From assembly GCA_003345595.1 (NCBI GenBank), contig PRDI01000049.1, forward strand, positions 1 through 64,000: a stretch of DNA of 64,000 bases, written 5' to 3'. The stretch comes from Candidatus Thorarchaeota archaeon (GTDB lineage Archaea > Asgardarchaeota > Thorarchaeia > Thorarchaeales > Thorarchaeaceae). The notes beneath the pieces were generated by a model. That model saw nothing but the letters and a program-made list of their open reading frames with translations, made no database searches and was not told where the DNA came from. This document shows positions 57,340-64,000 of the stretch, in pieces. The translations under genes and the position numbers were made by a program. Numbering within the stretch: position 1 is the stretch's first letter; every line of letters starts with the position of its first letter.

Positions 57340-58635
57340 GTGACTTTGGAATTGATGATGGAGGTGAACGACCCTGTTCACGGTTTCATTGGACTCACGG
57401 AGCTTGAAGCCAAGATAGTCGATTCTGAACCCTATCAGAGGTTGAGAAGAATAAAGCAGCTCTCAGGAGGGCATTACGTCTATCCGACGGGTACACACAC
57501 CCGATTCGGTCACTGCATCGGTGCAATGTACCTTGCCGGTCTAATGAGTAATAGGCTCTTGGGTCAGCTGGGGCTCGAAGACTCAATTCAGGAAGTGCGG
57601 GTCGCAGCCTTACTTCACGACATAGGCCATGGCCCATTCAGTCATGTGTTCGAGGAGTCGCTGATTGAGAAACGAGGGTGGAATCATGAGGATGTGACTG
57701 AATGGATAATTCGTGAAAGCGAGCTAGGGGATTTGCTTGAAGATGGAGGCCAGTCCAGAGACCGCATAGCGAAGCTCGTGCGTGGTCAAGGACTTAGGTC
57801 GACTGATGCCATACTGGCCGGAATTGTCGCGGGCCAAGTTGATGTTGACAAGATGGACTACTTGGTCCGTGATTCCTTTTACTGCGGAGTCAACTACGGC
57901 CTGGTCGATATCGTCCGACTGATAAACAGTCTTGAGGTTTCGGACCAAGGCACACTACATTTCGACATTGCTGCGCGGGGTGCTTTGGAGTCGTTTCTAG
58001 TGGCAAGATATGAGATGTTTCTGAACGTGTATTACCACAAGACAGTACGCAGCGTCGAGATTATGCTTGTGAAGATGATGAATGCAGCTGACAGCGTACT
58101 TGGCTTTACTGGCTTCTCCACGCCAGCCGAATTCCTGAAATTGGACGACCCGTTCGTTATCTCAAGTGTGCGTAATCTCAAGCCCGACTCCGTCGAGTCC
58201 CGAGAGGCCATAGCTATGGTCAATCTGCTAGACTCGCGTGTGCTCTACAAGTGTGCGTTTGAAAAGGTCCTTCATACTCAAGACAGATTCGTTTCCAAGG
58301 TCCTTACGAAGCGGAAAGTCAGAGAAACAATCCAAGACGAGATTGCATCGGATGCTGGTGTTCCCTCCGATGAGGTGATGGTCGATGTACCGACACTGCC
58401 ATCAGTGCCCTACGATCCTCATCAGATCAATCCCATGGAGATAGGCATCTTCGAGGTCATTGATGGAAAGAAAGTCCCACACAATCTCTCGGACTATTCA
58501 AACATAGGACAGATGATGAAGGTGTACTTGGATGTCATTCGAGTATACACACTCGACAAACATCGCACAAAGGTAGGACGCGCCGCACGCGGGATATTCC
58601 AAGAGGTACCCGAAGCGGCACTGATTCATATGTGA
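57340..58635 (+). CDS. HD-domain phosphohydrolase (dNTP triphosphohydrolase/SAMHD1-like family)
   Basis: DPVHG, QRLRRIKQL, HTRF.H, LLHDIGHGPFSH, DVDKMDYL.RD and VYYH. Confidence 0.92.
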   Translation: MTLELMMEVNDPVHGFIGLTELEAKIVDSEPYQRLRRIKQLSGGHYVYPTGTHTRFGHCIGAMYLAGLMSNRLLGQLGLEDSIQEVRVAALLHDIGHGPFSHVFEESLIEKRGWNHEDVTEWIIRESELGDLLEDGGQSRDRIAKLVRGQGLRSTDAILAGIVAGQVDVDKMDYLVRDSFYCGVNYGLVDIVRLINSLEVSDQGTLHFDIAARGALESFLVARYEMFLNVYYHKTVRSVEIMLVKMMNAADSVLGFTGFSTPAEFLKLDDPFVISSVRNLKPDSVESREAIAMVNLLDSRVLYKCAFEKVLHTQDRFVSKVLTKRKVRETIQDEIASDAGVPSDEVMVDVPTLPSVPYDPHQINPMEIGIFEVIDGKKVPHNLSDYSNIGQMMKVYLDVIRVYTLDKHRTKVGRAARGIFQEVPEAALIHM

Positions 58636-58976
58636 TATCACGTCTTCAGTTTCCTAGGGTGAAGAGGCACCAAGCATTTACCTGTGTACAGTGCTCAGTT
58701 GGGACGCGAATCATCTTACACTCTGTCAGCTGGACATATTCTGGTTCAGGAATGTCCGTCCTCCTAGAAGCAGAACTTAGGCTCTACTGCTTCATGTCAG
58801 TCAGGGATCGATTCGGGGACTGAATCGGTCACGAGTCGCTTGGGCCTGTATTCCGGAGAGCATGACACTATCCATTCTGTAGGCAGTTGTCAGGCACTCT
58901 CTTTTGGAGGATGAACCTGAAACCCTGTGCTGTGTGGTGATTATATAGTGTACGTCAGGAATCAACCTTGAACTGA

Positions 58977-59939
58977 TTGATGTGGGATCGTACGGTGATC
59001 GAAGGCCTCAATGAAACCCTCCAGAACATCAAGGCAATCTCTGGAGTTGAGAATGTTGTTCTCATTCAGAAAGACGGCCTTCCGGTCGCCAGTGCAGGTG
59101 TGTGGTTCAGCAAGGAGGAGGTCTTTGCAGTAGCTTCCTCCTCGTGTGCAATATTTGGGGTTGCCAAACTCATTCACAGCGGCTTCAATTATCTGCTGAT
59201 GGAATCAGACACTTCCAAGGTCTTCCTAGCATCATTACCCAACGATCCGGACTACTTTCTCGCAGTCACCACAGCACCCAGAGTCAATCTTGCAGCACTT
59301 TTCATTGAAATGAAGGGCTCTCTGTCACGGGTGTCGTTTCTACTGAAGCAAGAGGCAGAGAAACGTCTTCCACCACTTCGTTCCTATGATGCCGAGGAAA
59401 CTCGGCAGGTATTATCCGGGTTCTCGGTTGCAGAGGGTGGTAGTACATCCTATGCTGCCAACCGCTCAATCATATCACTAGACCGGTCTCAAGCCATGGC
59501 GCTTAGGAGCATTCTACGGCAAGTCCACGACAGCGTCAGCGAGATCGAGTCCGTCTTCCTAGCGTTGAGTGGAGGTGTGCGTGTGTCTCTTGATGGATTC
59601 ACAAACGACAGAATGGCTGCCATGTCATTTGCCCTGTATGATGCATCAGAAAGGGTCGTGAAGACTCTTCGAAACAGTTCTCTTGAGAATGTGTTATGTG
59701 AAACGGATCGCATTAGACACTTCATCTACGCGGTGCCGAATGGGGTGTTTAGTCTCTGGGTTGATCGGACCAGTCAGAAGCTGGGGCTGATTAGGCTGCT
59801 ATTGAAGCACTACATAGACGAAACTCGAAGGGTGCTGGCTTCTGCCTCCATGGTGAAACCCACTGTTCCTGAAGACCTCAGGGAACTGCTCATGTCCGGC
59901 ACTTCCGGAGGTCTTGTTCTTGCGAGGCGAAACCAGTGA
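58977..59939 (+). CDS. Tandem Roadblock/LC7 (MglB-like) domain protein
   Basis: Two Roadblock patterns: GVENVVLIQKDGLPVAS...NLAALFIEM and EIESVFLA...RMAAMSFAL...KLGLIRLLL. Confidence 0.85.
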   Translation: MMWDRTVIEGLNETLQNIKAISGVENVVLIQKDGLPVASAGVWFSKEEVFAVASSSCAIFGVAKLIHSGFNYLLMESDTSKVFLASLPNDPDYFLAVTTAPRVNLAALFIEMKGSLSRVSFLLKQEAEKRLPPLRSYDAEETRQVLSGFSVAEGGSTSYAANRSIISLDRSQAMALRSILRQVHDSVSEIESVFLALSGGVRVSLDGFTNDRMAAMSFALYDASERVVKTLRNSSLENVLCETDRIRHFIYAVPNGVFSLWVDRTSQKLGLIRLLLKHYIDETRRVLASASMVKPTVPEDLRELLMSGTSGGLVLARRNQ

Positions 59940-60856
59940 CTTACTCAATCATGCAGATGATAGAGCTGGCGAGCACTGGCTTTCCATTGCTCTTGAACTC
60001 GGTACTGGGTCGAATACCCATCTTGGTGGCGGGGGAGGACACCGAACTAGTGGATGACCTCACGGAGAGTCTGACAATGCTGTGTCCGCACCGTCACAAG
60101 TTTGTCTTCTGGCGTGATTTCACTTCCGAGGCGGAAATCCGGTCAGTATGGGACGAGGAGCGGCATGACTACGAAGTGAACCGCACCGTCGTGTGCTGTC
60201 TCTCGACTAATCTGACGCTGGCTCTCGATCGGATTACACAGTTCATGGGGTGGATAGTATCAATACCCTTGAGCGCTGACGTTCTCGGACTTCACGTGAC
60301 GGAGGAAACTCTTGTGAAGGCGGCGGCGCACATCCTGCGGACTTCAGGCAACTGTGGCATACTGAGAGTCACATCACCATCTGCAATCAGCTTTTCGCTT
60401 GTCAAGCCAGGTCTGCCTTGTCTGGACGTCGAGAAGAGAATTGTCAGCAAGATTCTCAGCCGAAAGACACAGTCTCTTGAGCGGATTCGGCGTCTGCTCA
60501 AGAAGTCACTGCGTGATCTGAATGTTTCCGAGCAGATAGCTGATGAAGTCCTGAAGCTTGATGACGACTCCGAGAAACTGACACATGATATGTTCGAGGA
60601 AGAGGTCAACAGCTACGTTCACGCTGCTCGCAGGGCTGTGATGATTCTATCCCGCATAAGACTGGCTCGACAGCTTGGAGCATCCATCACGCTTACCGAC
60701 CGGAATCTCTACGAGGCCATCGGGTGGGAAACTGGAGAGATGCCTGAGCTGGTCCGCTTCATCAGAGGAGAGTGGCATGAAGACTTCTCCGACTGTGTCA
60801 AGGGCGGTGCTCTTTCCGGGTTGGGAGCTTGGGTTGACAGCATGTGGGGAACATAG
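59936..60856 (+). CDS. Hypothetical protein with a DENN/folliculin-like core pattern
   Basis: LLLNSVLGRIPILVAGEDTELVDDLTESLTMLCP resembles the DENN core helix-strand-helix-P pattern; GTGA overlap with the upstream gene. Confidence 0.6.
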   Translation: MTYSIMQMIELASTGFPLLLNSVLGRIPILVAGEDTELVDDLTESLTMLCPHRHKFVFWRDFTSEAEIRSVWDEERHDYEVNRTVVCCLSTNLTLALDRITQFMGWIVSIPLSADVLGLHVTEETLVKAAAHILRTSGNCGILRVTSPSAISFSLVKPGLPCLDVEKRIVSKILSRKTQSLERIRRLLKKSLRDLNVSEQIADEVLKLDDDSEKLTHDMFEEEVNSYVHAARRAVMILSRIRLARQLGASITLTDRNLYEAIGWETGEMPELVRFIRGEWHEDFSDCVKGGALSGLGAWVDSMWGT

Positions 60857-60872
60857 GAGGGTCGAGAGCAAG

Positions 60873-61454
60873 ATGATAATCGACTACGGCAGCCGAACAG
60901 TTGGTGTCAAGATTGTGTTCTTTGGCCCTGCAATGAGTGGAAAAACCACCTCGATAAGGTGGTTATTCTCGAAGTTTGAGTGTGCAGACTGTCTTACATC
61001 AATCGAGAACACGGCTGGCAGAACGATGTTTTGTGACTTCGGTACTATTCCATTCTTACTGGGCAATAACTGGACGCTTAGTGCTCACATTTGGTCTGCA
61101 ACTGGGCAGGACTTCTATAGGTCGACAAGAGAGGTCGTCCTAGTGGGTGCTGATGGTGTGATATTCGTTGCAGACTCACAAGAACACCTCCTGAAGGAGA
61201 ATCTTGCAAGCTGGAATGAGTTGATGACGATGATGGCTGGCGAAGAACGGCCTCTTCCGGTTGTAGTCTGTCTCAACAAACAAGACCTTCTTGGGGCGGT
61301 TTCGGAGGATGCAATCAGGTCTTACCTTAGACTCCCCTCGTCAGTCCCAGTCTTCAGAAGCATAGCAAAGGAAGGGTTCAATATTGTAGAGGCATTCTCC
61401 CTTCTGTTCCAAGATGCCATACGCACAAGTATCCTCGCTCCTTCCTTACTGTGA
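60873..61454 (+). CDS. MglA-like small GTPase (Ras superfamily)
   Basis: KIVFFGPAMSGKTT, RTMFCDF, GQ, DGVIFVADSQ and NKQD; GGAGG SD at 60856-60860. Confidence 0.9.
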   Translation: MIIDYGSRTVGVKIVFFGPAMSGKTTSIRWLFSKFECADCLTSIENTAGRTMFCDFGTIPFLLGNNWTLSAHIWSATGQDFYRSTREVVLVGADGVIFVADSQEHLLKENLASWNELMTMMAGEERPLPVVVCLNKQDLLGAVSEDAIRSYLRLPSSVPVFRSIAKEGFNIVEAFSLLFQDAIRTSILAPSLL

Positions 61455-61556
61455 GAACACAAGCAGTCGGAAACCGTCCGTGTCAAGCGGATAGCTTTTT
61501 ACGACCTCGGACAACTGACACAGTATGGGGTTTCCTCCAGACCCAAACCGTCCATC

Positions 61557-63251
61557 ATGTCGAGGGGTTCCGCCATGAAGTCTGACAATAATAGCACAAG
61601 GTTCGTATTTGTAACAGGAGGAGTTCTATCTGGCATCGGAAAGGGTGTGACCACCGCATCGATAGCGAAGATACTACAGTTTCGAGGGTACAAGATCCAA
61701 ATCGTGAAGATTGATCCCTACCTCAACATCGACCCCGGAACTCTCAATCCCATTGAACACGGCGAGGTGTTTGTGACTGATCAGACGTGGGTGTTTAGAC
61801 CCGCAAATGATACCGAGTTCAGAATCACCGAGGTTGATCAGGACTTTGGCACCTATGAGCGATTCATAGGGATGAGTGTCCATCCATCTCAGAACATAAC
61901 CTCAGGGCAGATTTACCTCTCTGTCATTCTAGAAGAAAGAAAGGGCAGTTTCTTGGGCAAGACAGTACAAATAATCCCTCACGTCACTGACTGTATCAAG
62001 CGGCGAATCTGGGAAGTTGCCAATAGGGAACCAAGACCAGATGTGCTGCTAGTAGAGGTTGGAGGCACAGTCGGTGACATTGAGGCCATGCCTTTCTTGG
62101 AGGCCGTACGACAGCTATCAAGAGAGGTGGGTCGAGAGAGGGCTGCTCTAGTCCACGTGACCCTTGTGCCATATTTCGCTGCCGTAGGCGAATTCAAGAC
62201 AAAACCAACACAGCACAGTGTTCGTGCTCTTCAAGGTCTGGGACTCCAGCCAGACATCATTGTGTGCAGAGCTGAACAGAATCTTCCCGATTCTGCGCGA
62301 AGGAAGATTGCTCTATTCTGCAACGTCCCCGAGGAGAGAGTCATCTCTAATCCCGATATCCCAGTAGTCTATCAGCTGCCACTGTCGTTTGAGGACCAAG
62401 GTCTGGGCGAAACGCTGGTTAGTTTCTTTGGACTCGAGCCCCATGTGCCTGAAACAGACTCATGGCGCGAAACTGTGAAAGCGCTCGAAATACACTCCGA
62501 AACTGTGACTATTGCGATGCCTGGGAAGTATACAATTCTTAGCGACTCGTACAAGAGCATCAACGAGGCTTTAGCCCATGCAGGGGCACAATGTAGTGTG
62601 AAGGTCAGAATAGAGTGCATTGATACCGAATCAAAATGTGAAGAAGACTGCCTACGTAAGGAGTTCGCTGATATTGATGGAGTGCTTTTGACTCCAGGTT
62701 TTGGATCGCGCGGAGTCGAGGGAATGATTAATGCAGCGGCGGTGACATTCGAAGACGACATTCCGTTCCTCGGCATCTGCTATGGTGGCCAACTTGGGAC
62801 AGTGGCCTTCGCTAGGAAGCGAATGGGCTGGCAAGGAGCGAACACTACAGAGGTGGACCCGGACAGTCTCTACCCAGTCGTCGACCTGATGGACGACCAG
62901 AGGACGACAGATGAGAAGGGCGGGACAATGAGGGTCGGCGGGCAAGAGGTCCGGATTGTTGAGGGCAGTCGGCTTCACAGCATCTATGGACTGACTGAAA
63001 CAAGAGAGAGATTCAGACACAGGTTTCACCTCATTGAGAGATACGTTCACCGCATGGGAAGTGAGGGGATGGCAATATCCGCATATGACCCAACGGGGAA
63101 GATAATCAACGCAGTCGAGTTGAGGAACCATCCATTCTGGATAGGAGTGCAGTATCATCCCGAGTTCAGGTCTAGGCCGGATAGTGCACACCCGCTCTAT
63201 GTTGCCTTTCTGAGGGCCGCCTTAGAACACAAGCACAAGAGGGAAACCTAG
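61557..63251 (+). CDS. pyrG: CTP synthase
   Basis: [39 protein letters not shown] and QYHPE. Confidence 0.97.
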   Translation: MSRGSAMKSDNNSTRFVFVTGGVLSGIGKGVTTASIAKILQFRGYKIQIVKIDPYLNIDPGTLNPIEHGEVFVTDQTWVFRPANDTEFRITEVDQDFGTYERFIGMSVHPSQNITSGQIYLSVILEERKGSFLGKTVQIIPHVTDCIKRRIWEVANREPRPDVLLVEVGGTVGDIEAMPFLEAVRQLSREVGRERAALVHVTLVPYFAAVGEFKTKPTQHSVRALQGLGLQPDIIVCRAEQNLPDSARRKIALFCNVPEERVISNPDIPVVYQLPLSFEDQGLGETLVSFFGLEPHVPETDSWRETVKALEIHSETVTIAMPGKYTILSDSYKSINEALAHAGAQCSVKVRIECIDTESKCEEDCLRKEFADIDGVLLTPGFGSRGVEGMINAAAVTFEDDIPFLGICYGGQLGTVAFARKRMGWQGANTTEVDPDSLYPVVDLMDDQRTTDEKGGTMRVGGQEVRIVEGSRLHSIYGLTETRERFRHRFHLIERYVHRMGSEGMAISAYDPTGKIINAVELRNHPFWIGVQYHPEFRSRPDSAHPLYVAFLRAALEHKHKRET

Positions 63252-64000
63252 TGGAACAGAGCCTCGACAAGATGCTTTCCACCCTTGTCGAAGAAATCGA
63301 GAGAGTCCAGTCAACTCGTGAGCGTTTTGGTGGGGTTCTGAAACGGATAAAGAGCAACATAGACCTTCGACGTTTTCCCGCAGTGACAACGAATACCGTA
63401 GACACTAGCTTTGTAACACGAATACAGCCAACGACCCTATCAGGTCTCAGGATAGTAGGCATCGATGGAGGACTAGTTCGGAGAAGCTTCAGATCGATGG
63501 ACTTGGTCCTCACACGTGGTATTGCAGTTGTGTTTCAGTTCGGCCCGAAGGAGGGGCCCTCTGTAGACTTCTTTCCGAGTCCATTTCCAAGTCCTACAGT
63601 GAAACCAATCATGCTCACGCTTTCCGGACCGGAACTGGATCAGTTTGCGTCGTTAGAGAGAATGGCTACCGAACTGAGAGTGACATTGTCAGTACTCGAT
63701 GAGTTCCACGCGGATCTGATTCTTGTTGATGGCAGCCTGTTCTACCACCCGCGCGATCGTCCACCCAGCGGGTCTGCCACGAATGACAAGTTTCAGGAAG
63801 TCTTAGCACTCTACAGGCAGATGTATCGCAAGGTCAACGAGAAAGGAACAACTCTGGTTGGCATTGTCAAGGACAGTCGTTCAACCCGCGTTGCCACTAT
63901 ATTGGGCGACATCTTACCACATCTCATGAGAGATCCATCAGTCTTCGAAATGATGCAGGGTGTCGACTATCGGTGGTTGCTCAAAATCTCAAGAGACTGT
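63251..64000 (+). CDS. nurA: NurA-family nuclease, truncated at window edge
   Basis: Manual translation from GTG 63251: ...LRIVGIDGG...ERMATE...DLILVDGSL...LVGIVKDS, the NurA RNase H-like motifs. Confidence 0.85.
   Translation, partial: MEQSLDKMLSTLVEEIERVQSTRERFGGVLKRIKSNIDLRRFPAVTTNTVDTSFVTRIQPTTLSGLRIVGIDGGLVRRSFRSMDLVLTRGIAVVFQFGPKEGPSVDFFPSPFPSPTVKPIMLTLSGPELDQFASLERMATELRVTLSVLDEFHADLILVDGSLFYHPRDRPPSGSATNDKFQEVLALYRQMYRKVNEKGTTLVGIVKDSRSTRVATILGDILPHLMRDPSVFEMMQGVDYRWLLKISRDC

Noticed and set aside
60675-60872. N-terminal extension of the GTPase ORF (also 3308-3490 for NAC)
   Set aside because: It overlaps the upstream gene; the ATG downstream matches the family N-terminus and, for the GTPase, has a GGAGG SD.

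Overview
Archaeal chromosomal segment of roughly 50% GC, most likely from an Asgard archaeon (Thorarchaeota-like). This is inferred from gene content: Rpo8, a Roadblock/MglA-like GTPase module, a GPN GTPase, GINS-MCM-Hel308 and CCA-encoding intron tRNAs. Most of the window is core housekeeping: TFE-aMBF1-PAN-Trm5/Tyw2-NAC, V/A-ATPase D, ACD-alpha, HypF, IorAB, split LKR/SDH, GlmS, uS10, IPK, TFB paralog, Rpo8, KorA, Cdc6, TruA, RFC, GINS, MCM, Hel308, HDAC, ThpR, Trm11, GPN GTPase, HD hydrolase, PyrG and NurA. I saw no integrase, transposase, rRNA or CRISPR array. The main candidates are: (1) a tightly coupled operon of tandem-Roadblock protein, DENN/folliculin-like protein and MglA-like small GTPase (58977-61454), resembling a minimal Ragulator/FLCN/GTPase module; (2) three tRNA genes with four introns, including one at position 10/11 whose BHB motif must borrow the acceptor stem; (3) a dispersed VirB4/HerA-like ATPase, VirB11/TadA ATPase, pilin-like and Ig-like surface protein locus; (4) an ORB-flanked AT-rich candidate replication origin about 25 kb from cdc6; (5) an array of about ten TTCACA sites upstream of an unknown wHTH gene; (6) an AAA+ ATPase/RHH pair with a palindromic operator; (7) two conserved genes that seem to need ACG starts; (8) a SufS homolog lacking the PLP lysine. 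All protein family calls come from motif recognition by eye; no searches were run.
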